NCBI RefSeq assembly: GCF_016432865.1
Contig: NC_067399.1
Coordinates: 58,776,001 to 58,840,000 of the forward strand
DNA length: 64,000 bases
Direction: 5' to 3'
Origin: Antechinus flavipes
Taxonomy: Eukaryota
In this document: piece after piece, positions 32,771-44,300 of the stretch
Numbering within the stretch: the first letter of the stretch is position 1
Layout: the number at the start of each line of letters is the position of its first letter
Position numbers and translations under genes: made by a program
Notes under the pieces: model-generated
Told to the model about the DNA's origin: nothing
Seen by the model: only the letters and a program-made list of their open reading frames with translations
Database searches by the model: none

Positions 32771-35484
32771 TTCTACCCTATTTCCTTAGGAACGGAAACA
32801 CCTTTGGAGATTAGCTTTGTTTCTTCTTCACTGGTGATTGCATCCAAGGCAGCAGCACGTACCTCACCCTTCTCCTCCTGCAAGCCTTTCGATCCTAACA
32901 TGTGGGCACCTGCCCCTTCCTCCTCCTCCTGAGGTCAGCTCTGCAGGCTGGATCCCAGAGCTCCCTCCAAGCTGTGGTTGTTGGGCTTTGGGGTCTTTGG
33001 CAACCTTCCCAGCAGAAGCTGCATCAGCTGGGGTTTCCTGATGAGCCCTGGGGTCTTTGAGGGAAGGGACTTTCATCAACACGTCTTTCTCAGATAGTTA
33101 GGTGCTTGTTATGGGACCCCAGGTAACCCTTGCCCCCGGGCTTTCAGCGTTTCCAAGGCGTGAGATAGGCTGTACAACAAGTCTGGACTGGGCAGGGCTC
33201 AGTACCTATAACCTAAAAATCTGGGCTCCTGTTTGGGATTGTAAGAGGGATTCATGGAAAAGAAAAACTGCTTTCAGAAGAAAGATTTCTGAGCTAGAAG
33301 GGAGCTAAATTTCCTGCTCAGATTCCCTGAGAAGCAGAACCAGGACTCAGCACCCTCCTGACTCCCATAGGAGTTGGAAAAGTTCAGCAGAGGAAAGCAG
33401 GGCTCTAGAGGAAATGTTTTACCCAAGATTATACATGTACAGATTTGCAGAGAAGCACTAGAATGAAATTTCTTGGAACTAAAACCCAGATCATGTTATT
33501 CCAAATCCAATGCTTTTATCACTTCACCTGAGCCCTCTGTATGAAGGAGGGAGGGGAGCTATGTAGTCTTCAATAAAGTGGTGAAAGGCATTACGTTAAT
33601 CAAAAGGAATTCATCCCTAATGGTAAAATTTCAGGCTTTCTGCCAGGAAGTTAGAAGAGGTATCTGGGGGAAGGAAGACCTTCTGCCTGTCCCCTAGAGC
33701 ACACCATTAACAATAAATTGTTAATTTATTATGTTTGGTTAATTATTATTTATTAATAGTATGAGTCAATCTTGATTTATTAACTAGATAGAGTATGTAA
33801 GGGACAGCAGGTTTGACTACTAGTTAGCACACAGTCGTGGCTTTCTGAGAACTGTGGAGCAACGGCCTGTGGCATTAAAGAGATCTGGCCCATTTTACGC
33901 ATTTTCCCCTTTTTTGAGTCAGAACCACCCTAATCTCCTACATACTAAATCATTTTAACTTCTGGTGGCAGTGTATCTAAGTTATTACTTGTTTCCGGAA
34001 AAATACACTCAGAGCTTTTGGAGAACACGAGATTTGGGTTTTCTTCTCTGTATTTCTTCCTCATAGTTAACTAGCTCAGGACTGGACACAGAGTACTGGT
34101 ACTTCAGTACTACATGTACAACACCTGGCTTAGAATCCAAAGCTATATAAATTGCATTTAGGGTTGGGAGGCTTCTAAACAAATCTCTCATATTCATTTG
34201 GTCCCCTTTGCAACTCCCCTCCGATCCCTAATACCTAGGGGTATCAAAATATAGCTCATATTCAGGTAAAAGTGCAATCTCCATGCAAGCTCTTAGACTA
34301 ACAGTGCATCAAATACAGAACAGAGTTTATTTCCCCCAACAGAAATATGAAAATATTAAGCGCTCACAGTTGACCATTGCTTTTCTTTTTAAGGTTTCCT
34401 TACAATTCTCCTTACCACAGCACTATCCCTATGCCCAAGAGATCCCTGCAGAAGGAGAACCCTTGGGGTTACCAGGGGAGCACCTTCCTCAGGGGTCTAG
34501 AGCACTCCAGACTTAGGGAATTCCTAAAGTTTGAGAAGTTCCTGAAAGGAGAATTTAGGATTGCTAAAAGAGTCAGCTTCTTTTCCATTGGGCCTGCACA
34601 GGTTACGTAATTCACAGTATAAGTGGAGAGGAAGAACTTAATTTCCTTCTCTATATCATGACTCTTTATTTATTGCTTCTTGGTTTTGGATTTATAGTCA
34701 TCAAAGCTTGGGTGCAGGGGAATATTACATACACATAGATCTCTATCACTTGATTTTAATTTCATTTTCAAATGAATAATTTTTCATTTGAAGAGTTATT
34801 TATTTTCCCTTCATGATCTATGTTCAATTACTTATAATTTCCAGTTGCTACTTGGACCCAGAATCCTTTTGCTTGGCCTAGAAAATTGGGATTGTCTAGG
34901 AACTGGTTCTTTCCAGGATTCTGGCTCTAGGAACTCTAATTACTTCTTGCTATCACAGATCGATCACAATTGTGATTCAATGATCCATCCTCAATTTAAT
35001 GTTAATGGACCGAATCTCCAGGGCAAGGTCATTTCTCCCTCCGCATTAGTGAGTGTGACTAATATCTCAAATGCGGAGTCAATGATGACAGCAACAAGCA
35101 ATTATATAGAGCTTTATGAATTCCAAGGAATTTATATTTTACATATTTTACCTTTTTTGATCCTTACATATTCATTTATTGATTTAACAGATTGATTAAT
35201 ATTATTAAAATATTTACATATTTTAAATTCTTACAACTAGCCCCAAGAGATGTTATAATTATCTCCATTTTATAGAAGGGACAACTTAGGCAGACAAGGG
35301 TTAAATTACTTGGCTAGGGTGTCTCACAGCTAGGTAAGTATCTGATGCAGGATTTGAATCCAGGTTTTCCAGACTCTGAACTCTCTGTATTAACCTTATA
35401 ATGCTCACCTTTTATATAGGGAGACTATCAACAAAAGCCCCATCCTTCAGGCTTGTTTATCATGACCAGACTGAACCAGTTATT

Positions 35485-35667
35485 CTCTTATTCTCTCCCT
35501 CACTTCTCTCTTCTTCTTCTTCTTTTCTTCTCCTTTTCTTCTTTTTTCTTCTCCTTTTCTTCTTCTTTTTTCTTCTTTTCTTCTTCTTTTTTCTTCTTTT
35601 CTTCTTCTTCTTCTTCTTCTTCTTCTTCTTCTTCTTCTTCTTCTTCTTCTTCTTCTTCTTCTTCTTC
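35485..35667. repeat. Polypyrimidine tract ending in ~23 uninterrupted TTC units
   Basis: Perfect (TTC)n at 35599-35667. Confidence 0.95.
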
Positions 35668-36976
35668 ATATTTCTATTGGGGGGAATAAAATATCTTCTT
35701 GTAATGTTCGGCTAGCTAGGAGGTCCTCAGGATCAGCCTGAGTCCTTGGTCTCAGTGGAGAAGTGATGAACGCAAGACNNNNNNNNNNNNNNNNNNNNNN
35801 NNNNNNNNNNNNNNNNNNNNNNNNNNNNNNNNNNNNNNNNNNNNNNNNNNNNNNNNNNNNNNNNNNNNNNNNNNNNNNNNNNNNNNNNNNNNNNNNNNNN
35901 NNNNNNNNNNNNNTACTAATGCAGGTTATAACCCTATAACAGAGTTATCATGGCTGAAAAAATCATCACTCCATGGCTGTCTTTTTGCTGGGTGTCTGTC
36001 CATTTGGCTAGACGGATCCTCAATATGCTTCACCTCTCCATCATCCAGCTTTTCTAGTTTGGTAAGACCTGCCAAAACTTGCCCTCCTATAGTATAGCTT
36101 TCTGGGAACAAAGATCAATTCTATATCAGGATAGCTCTTAATTGGAGAATTGGAGAACACATAGGAAGCATGAATAAATGTGTACCTAGATTCAGTTCAG
36201 TTTAGTTCAATCTAATTCAATCCTATCTAAATCAACAAACAGCAAGCAGTTATTACATATTAAACACTGTGTTCAGTATTTAGGGTACAAATTAAAAGAA
36301 CAACAACCAAAAAACTGAAACAATCTCTGCTTTCCCAGGACTAGTAATGTCCTAGAAATTAAAGTATGTATGTTATCTAGAAACTGGAGTATATATTTTA
36401 TCTACTTTGTACCTAGGTAAATAAATACAAAGTGATTTCAGGAGGGAGGACCAATAGCAACAGATGGGATGGAGGGTGGGAGAGGATAAAAGAACTGAGT
36501 AAGTACCTGAAGAGAAGTTCCTCAAGTTGAGCCTTGGAAAAAACTAGGGATGCTAAGGAGCAGAGATGAGCAGGGAATACAATCCAGCAATGAGGAAGAG
36601 TTTGTGCAAAGAAGAGAGAAGAAATATGGAATATTGAGTTCAGAGAACCAACACTAGAATACAGAAGAGTGTGAAGGTTAGAAATATGAAAAACCTCAAA
36701 AGGTAGAGTTGGATACATTTAGTGGTGGGCTTTAAAATGCTAGGTTGAAGTTTTTGTGCTTTATCCTAAAGGGATAGGGAATTATTGGTAATATTTTGAC
36801 AAGGAAGTGACATGATCAGATCTGTGTCTCAGGAGGATTAATTTGGTAGCTGCTTTATCACTTGGGAGATGGACAATGAGCCAACAGAAGAGTCTGAGAT
36901 TATAGATTTAGAGCTGGAAGGGGTCTTAGGGCCCATCTACTCCAATGCCTATATTTGAGAGGTAGGGAAACACAGG

Positions 36977-37629
36977 TATTATGGGCCAGAACTCTGAGCT
37001 TGAAACAAAGGATTCTTTCAAGGTACTAAGTCAGTAGAATTGATAGAGACCATAGTTATATAATTTAGCATGGTTCAGTATGATTGATTTAATCCTACAA
37101 GGAGATGTTATGTGCCAGAACTTGAATAAAGTACTAAGTGGAATTGAGGAGACAATGGTCAAATCTAGTTTAGCACTGATTTAATCCTACAACAAATAAT
37201 GGTTTCCTAGTGATAGAATGATTGGTATATACTCAGTGTGGAACATATAAGCTAGAAGCTCTCAGGGCCAAAGGGGACAAGAGCACTAGAAGCTCTGGGA
37301 GGCTGAGACAGATTCATTCCATCTTCTACCTTTGTTATGGCTGGAGGCTGAAGCACAAACCTTTGGATTAGGAGAGATTTGGAGAGAGTTAGAAGCATTC
37401 AGAAGGCAAAGAAGACAAAGGACTGCCTGCAGGAGCTCAAGCTCTTAAAACCAAGGAGAGAGATAGGCCTCTAAGAAAGCTAATGGGGCCCCAGGAAAGG
37501 AGACAAGACTTTGAAGGAGACAATAAAGGATTTGGACTTTAACCTCTGGCTGCACTTGTGGTGATTACTGAACTAAAGAGAAGGCTGCTCCCAGAGACCC
37601 CAAAGAAACCCAAACAAGAGAACATTATA
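36977..37629 (+). mobile_element. Solo ERV LTR
   Basis: Decayed TG...CA termini, 5-bp TSD acagg/atagg, ATTGG 37221, TATAA 37246, AATAAA 37522, duplicated U3 block. Confidence 0.75.
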
Positions 37630-40600
37630 ATAGGTTCCTTTTCATTTTTCCTAATGTTCTTTTTAGCTCTATATCCCATGGTTCTTTTCAATGGATGCTT
37701 CTTCCACCAGCAAAAACATAGAACTTGGATGTGGTTCCCCAGAAGCCCTTTCTACAGATCCTAGATGTTTCCTCCCCATCACTGACAAGGTCCTATTCTT
37801 TTCTCAATGTTGTCTTTTTTCAGTTCCTCCCAGAGTTGAGACAATTCCAATCTATTCCTAATCCAGTCCCACTATGGCCCCAGCCTCCTTTTCTACTATT
37901 AGTTCCTGTTACTCTTCATATCTTCTTTTAATGTATCAAATAAGAATTTAAACTTTCTTCTAGATATACCATGCTTAATCTCACCTTCCTGTATTTGTCT
38001 GTACCTTTTCCCCCTCTACCTCCAGTCCCAATAGTGGACTGGGGTGGGAAGAATTTGGATGAATCTCTCACTCCAATCTCAACCTCCTAATCATTGTGGG
38101 CTTCTCCCTTGGCAGATAAGATCCTTCAGCTCTCAGGGTCAAAGTTGAGAACTCTTTCAGACAAGAAATAGGTCAGAAGCTGTCTCACTAAAAATCAGAT
38201 CAAAGAGATTGGATTAGAGTCCAGCAGCTCTTGGCTTTTGGTATGGGGTTATTCTTAGCTTCAAATATATTCATCCCCCTCATAATTTTCTAGGAAAAGG
38301 GCTACTCTCTGATAGGCAGGAAGAAACTCAATTCTAAAATCTAGGTCATGGCTCCTTTGAAGCTGTCAAGTTAATGATTGATCCCTAGACACTGTCCTCT
38401 TAGGAGACTGCTTCTGGTGGTTCCCACCTCTTGGATTTCTGGAATTTTTCTGAGTCCTTTCTTTCTCTTCCCTTCTCCCCACCCTGTGAGATAGTATGTG
38501 GCTTTGATCACAACATTCCCTTCCTTCAAGGGACTTATAAGGGTTCCTTCCTCACTGACTATAAGTCAAGCTCATACTCCTCTGGCTGACCTTCATCCAA
38601 AAGAATCTGAAGATATGGAGCAGAAAGGGACCCTGGAGCTATCTATCTAATCCAAGCTCCCTGACTTTCCATTATGAGGAAGTTAAGGCCAAGAGACTTT
38701 TCATTGATCACTAAGGGCCAGAGCTGAAATTTAAACTTGGGATTTCTGGGTCCAGATTGAATATTCTTTCCACTACAAATATGAATAAATTATATATTAT
38801 AATATATCTTGTACTTATATTGTATATATTTATATATATGCATGTACTTCATTTGTATATATACACATATATAAATACACACATATCTATCTATATTTAT
38901 CTATACATTTATCGTCTGTCTATAAAACAATTTAGTATGTCCTCTTCAAGGGTATTTCCATTTTCCCCCTTCCTCTCTATCTAATCTTATCTTTGGCTCT
39001 TTCCTAGAGTCTAGGATAGATTTAGAGCCTATGAACTTTAAAAAAAAAACTTTATTACAATTTGATAACTATAGTACAATAAATTTCTTTGTAAAATTGT
39101 GTATTTTATTTTTTCTTATTTAAAAATGCTATTCTGAGGGGTCCATTAGCAAAGAGAGCCATCAAAGGGGTCTGTGAAACAAAAATGGTTAAGGAGGTCC
39201 TAGACTTTCCATTCTGCTCATGACCTTCTCCATTTCATTCATGAATGTCCTGGCTCACATCATTCCCCCTGCCTGAAATGCCTTCCTCTTTCCTGTCTAT
39301 CCAAAGCCCACCCTTTCTTCAAGGAGCCAACTGTAGCCTTAAGTACTAGCTCCTGTCTCCACAGCCTCCATCCTTGTTTCTGTGACCCTAGATCTCCTGG
39401 GCTTATTTGTTTAATAATTGTCTTATTACTTCCATTGCTCCATGTCTTTCAAATCCCTGCAAAACCTCCCACAGGACTCCCCGCCTGTGCCTGCACAAAG
39501 GAAAAACCCAGTTTCAGAAAATTATAATGGCAACACTTTACTTCCTGAGCCTCTGCCTCTGAGTTGAAGCTCAAGCACCTTCCCCATGAAGTCTTTCCTG
39601 CTCACTTCCCTGCCTCTATGATTATAGTCCCCCTTCTCTAATTAGCACACATTTCTCTTGTATTTATTGTATTTTCTTCCTCATTATGCTAATTTTATAT
39701 TTGTACTTGTTATATTTTTTCCATCCCCTTCCCAACACATCCCTCTCCCCTAGCTCTTCCCATGCTTAGAATGTAAACTTGTTGCAAGTAGAGATTATTT
39801 CATTGTTATTTGTATCCCCAGTGTCTGGCATGCAATAGGTACTTTAAAATGCTTGTTGATTAATTAAATCTGTGATTCCAATGAGCCAAAAGGACAATTG
39901 GTCTATTATTGTGGAATGGGCACTGGACTGGGAATACGAAGACAAAAGATGTAGCCCTTGTCTATGATTAGGATACAAATAAATTATCTGTTCTTTCTGG
40001 GCTTCTGTGAAATGAAAAGTTTGAACCAGAGAATCTCTGAAGTCTCTTACACGCCCAACATTCTGCCATTTGATTATGCTTAAGGCTTTAACATTCTGTG
40101 CTTCTACGATTCTAAGTATTATCAAGCGGCTCTTATGTGGCCAGCTGTACTCTAAGCATTGTGGGAAATTCATAACTAGGATGCCAGCATGTGATTCCTC
40201 CCCCAAAAGAGCTCATACTGTAGTTGGCAAGGGATGACTAACAAACATGAAACAACAATATATAATCAAGTACCGGGTTGTTATAGTATGGACTAAACAC
40301 CGTAGGAGTTCTGAAAAAAAAAGTGATCATTGTGGGCTGGATTGGACAGAGAGAGCTTTATAGCATAAATTTGAGGCTCTCAAATTGGATTTTTTCAACT
40401 TTTTGTGTCATCAACCCTTTTGGCAGTCTGATGAAACCAATGGTCTCCTCCTCACAATAATGTTTTTTTTTTCTATTTACAAAATAAAATATGTAGGATT
40501 ACAAAGAAAGCCATTTATACTGAAATAGTTATAAATTTAATTTTTTTTTTAATGCCCTGGAAGAATGGAGCAACAGAGATGCAACTGGAGTGAGGCAATC

Positions 40601-41039
40601 AGGACTTTGCCCCAGGGCAGTACAACTACAAGAGCATTGGAATCTCCTATAATTCCAAAGCTTTAGTACCTAGCTAGTAAAAATAGTTCGTTAAAATAAG
40701 AAGCTGTGAGATGGCAGGCTGGGCTGAACTTTCCTTCTGTATCTTCATTCCCCTCTGCCATTGGGCAGGCTTTCTTATGGCACATACCTGAGGCATGACT
40801 TAAAATACTTTGGCTACAAAAATTCTGAATTATAGTTCTGTGGGGGCAAAGTTTCAGGCCAATCACCTTTACTGATATATGATCTAGGCTATTTTGAGTT
40901 ACAGATCTTTGTCATTGCCCTTGGCAAAAAAATGTTATTGATAATCAAAGGTAGTTGAGCAACCTAGCTTTATCTTCAGGAAAAAAAAAAAGATAAGAAA
41001 AACTGCCATATAAATAGCTATCTATATATCTTTATCTTT

Positions 41040-41275
41040 GTCTATACACACATATATGTATATGTGTGTATATATACATATATAGTGTGTATGTGTATAT
41101 ATGTGTGTGTATATTTGTATAGGTACATATATCTACAGATATTTTTTCTAAAATCTGGCTCAAAAGCTCTGTGAAGGGACAAATCAAAAAGACCTGAGTT
41201 GAAATCCAGTTTCATAAACACTTGCTGTGTGACCCTGGGCAAGACATAAAACACAGACACAGACACAGACACAGA

Positions 41276-41310
<35 letters not shown>
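41040..41310. repeat. (TA/TG)n tract and (CACAGA)/(CA)n microsatellite inside a MIR
   Basis: Direct reading. Confidence 0.8.
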
Positions 41311-41313
<3 letters not shown>

Positions 41314-44300
41314 TTGCCTCAGTTTTCTTATCTATAAAATGGGGGTAAGAATAGCCCCTAGGGTTGTTGGGAAAACAAAATGAGACAACCCTTATAAAGC
41401 ACTTAGCACAGTACCTGGCACATAATAAGTTCTGTATAAATGTTAGCTATTATTCTTGTTAAATGGCCAACAAGCAGTTTGCTGTAGAAATGAACACTAG
41501 AATTTGGTCTAAAGAATGAACAAGAATTACACAAATTAGAAAAATGATGTTGGAAGGATTTATGGAAGATAGATTGAGAAGAAAAAGATTGAGAAGGGGG
41601 AAGCTGAATGGGAATTTAGTACAAAGGTGAGCCCATATGCTGATAATCATCATTGTCCCTTTCAGGTACCTTCCTAATAGATTAGCAGAACAAGAAAGCC
41701 CATGGGAACCTACAGAAGGGAGCTTTCCTGAATCATCCTCTCCATTCACTGATGCTCTCCCTTACACTTGAAAGGCGAACTCAGGCAGATCTCTCTTTCC
41801 TTAGCTAAGTCAGTTCTGCTAAACAACACAAAGGATGTAGCCAGTCTAACATCTCCTGTAAGAGGAATTACCTTCCATTTTCCATAAATATCCCCAGAAT
41901 AACAGTGCTTTTATCAGGTTGGCAACACATTGATTTGGGATGTTTTAGCAGCTCTGCTGGGTTCCCTTAGCCAGGGTGCCAGTTTAAGGGGCAGGTGGAG
42001 CTTCAATTAGGCTTTGAGGGATGGGTGGGATTTGGATTGCAAGTAGACAGAGCAATATGAATGCCATCGTGGAGGGAGGAAGGCATATGGCATGTTCATG
42101 AGACAGGAGGAGACTGCTTAAGCTGGTGTTGGTGGGTAGAGGATGGGAACAGTGACAAAGAAGATTGGATAGGTGGACGAGTGGTTCTCAGACACCAAGC
42201 AATGGTGTTAGCTTGTCCAATGCAGAAAGGAGTTTGGTGGTCTTTTCCTTGGTGATCATTCCTTTGATGACCGTTCTATTATTCTTTCTCACAAGGATGA
42301 CATTTAAACCCCCTGCCATATTAGACTCCACCACTTTGCTCCTTGTCTTCCCTGATCCTTTCCAGTTTCCTTTGTTCCCTCTGGTATTTTTGTAGCAATA
42401 GGACTCCAACCTGTTCTGGTTTTATGGGCCAGATTGCCTCTCCTTGGCTTGGCAGCAATAGGAATTCTTTCTGTCTTGGAAATCTGTTGGAGGTAGAAGA
42501 TCTAGATCCTTCTTCTGCTGGGTGTAGGGTAAGACTTCTCCCCACTGCATAGACTTCCACTGAACTATAGTGTTAGGAACGAATTACATTAGTGATCATC
42601 TATTTATAATTCCTCTTGTTTCCCTTTTATGGATGTCAAGACTGATATGAAAAGGGTGGTAAATAACTTAACCAAGAGCATAAGCTAGAGTCCTTATCCC
42701 ACTGCACAGACCTTATTCCCTTCATTCTTCACTCTTAGCCTGAATAAAAAAAATCTCTTGTGTGATACTCATTAACTCTCTGGCAATTACCTAGGGAAAA
42801 GGTTTCACCCTGTGCCTCAATACCCGAGGGCCCTGCTGGGCTCTGTGCCCAAATCTGAGCTCATAAATTCTGTCCCAGGTTTGACTTTACATGCAGTGAA
42901 GTCAGATCCTAAGGTTCAACTGTCCATTCATTATCATAATAAGCCCATAATAGTGTTTCTATGCTGTTTCATAGTTTATTCACAAATCCCCTCCACTTTC
43001 TCCCATTTGATCTTTATCATAATTCAATGATGTAGGTATGATAGGTATTATCATTCCCATTTTACAGATGAAGAAACTGAGATATGACAGCTTAAGTGAG
43101 TCTCTGGGAACTAAAGGTGATCAAATGGAGACTGGATAAGCCCTTATTAAGATGTTAAAATGTACAGCTTTGTTTGCAACAGACATTTATTTAAATCCCT
43201 TTTAAGATCTTTCTCATCTCTCTCACAGTGAGTTAATGTTGAGCAAAAACTAAAAAACTAGAGCTAGAACTAGGCCAGGACAATTGGGGCTTTGTCCCTG
43301 GGGAGGCCAAAATTTAGAAGGCACTGAAAGAATGATTAAAACACTGCATTTAGCATCTAGGCAGCAAGAATAATTAATTAAAATAGAAAAGTACCAGATG
43401 GCCACCTTCTCTAGGTGGCTGTACCTCGGGTGAGCCTCTCCTTGGCACAGTTCCCTTTCCTGGTGAAGCCGCCACAGCAGGATCTCATGGGGGGCTGAGA
43501 CTTGGGGTTTTTTCCCTTCCCAACAGGACTTTCAATCTTTCCATAATCAATAGCATTTGTCTTAGGAACTCAACTGGAGAGAGTTTTTCTTGCTGCTTGT
43601 CTCTTGTGTGTCGTATAATGTTTATAATGGGAGCTGGAATGCTAGTTATGGCTATGACTAACTCTTCAGTTGTCTGGTTCTCTTTCCACTGGACTTCCCT
43701 GACTCTCCTCTGTGTCTTGTCTATCTTTGTCTTGTCTTTAGGGTTGGAAGTCATAGACATGAGCTTGGGGGATGTTCTCTATTTCTAGCAATACTAGCTT
43801 TTCTTCCAAAGCTCTCTGTTCTTTCCTTCAAGTTGAGAAGGCCATTCGTTTTCCTTTCAACCCAGATTCTTTATCACCATCTAATCTTGGACCTCCCATA
43901 TCTATTGCAAGGTTAGTAACTAGGCTATGGTCCTATCTTGGTTATCACCTTCTGATAATAATCAATAAATTTCAAAACCTTACTATATTCCAGTAATGTA
44001 CCAAATCCTGAGGATATGAATATAAATGAGGGTCTCTGTCCCCTCAAGGAGCTTACATTCTAATAGAACAAGATAAGTCTTCTCAACTCAAGTACTGTCA
44101 TCCTTGACCCATTTTCTAGGTGTGAATATGTATTTGAGAGTCAAATTCTTCCATCAGCCTCTGAGAACCAAAGGCAAAGGTATAGGAAGAAGAAAGTCTC
44201 TACTAGATAGTCCAGAACCATACAGCTAGAGATCATAATAACTAACATTTCTAGATTGTTTCAAGATTTGCAAAACTCTTTATGTATGTTATCCCATTAT

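Noticed and set aside
34009-34197. 62-aa minus-strand ORF, and the 135-aa plus-strand ORF at 34788-35195
   Set aside because: No recognisable homology or codon bias; lengths are within chance expectation
42165-42560. Cluster of short ORFs with faint APE-endonuclease-like words (GGLNVIL)
   Set aside because: Similarity too weak to call; at best an ancient LINE remnant
43485-43996. Short ORFs on both strands, possibly an old CR1-type ORF1 remnant
   Set aside because: No motif strong enough to assign
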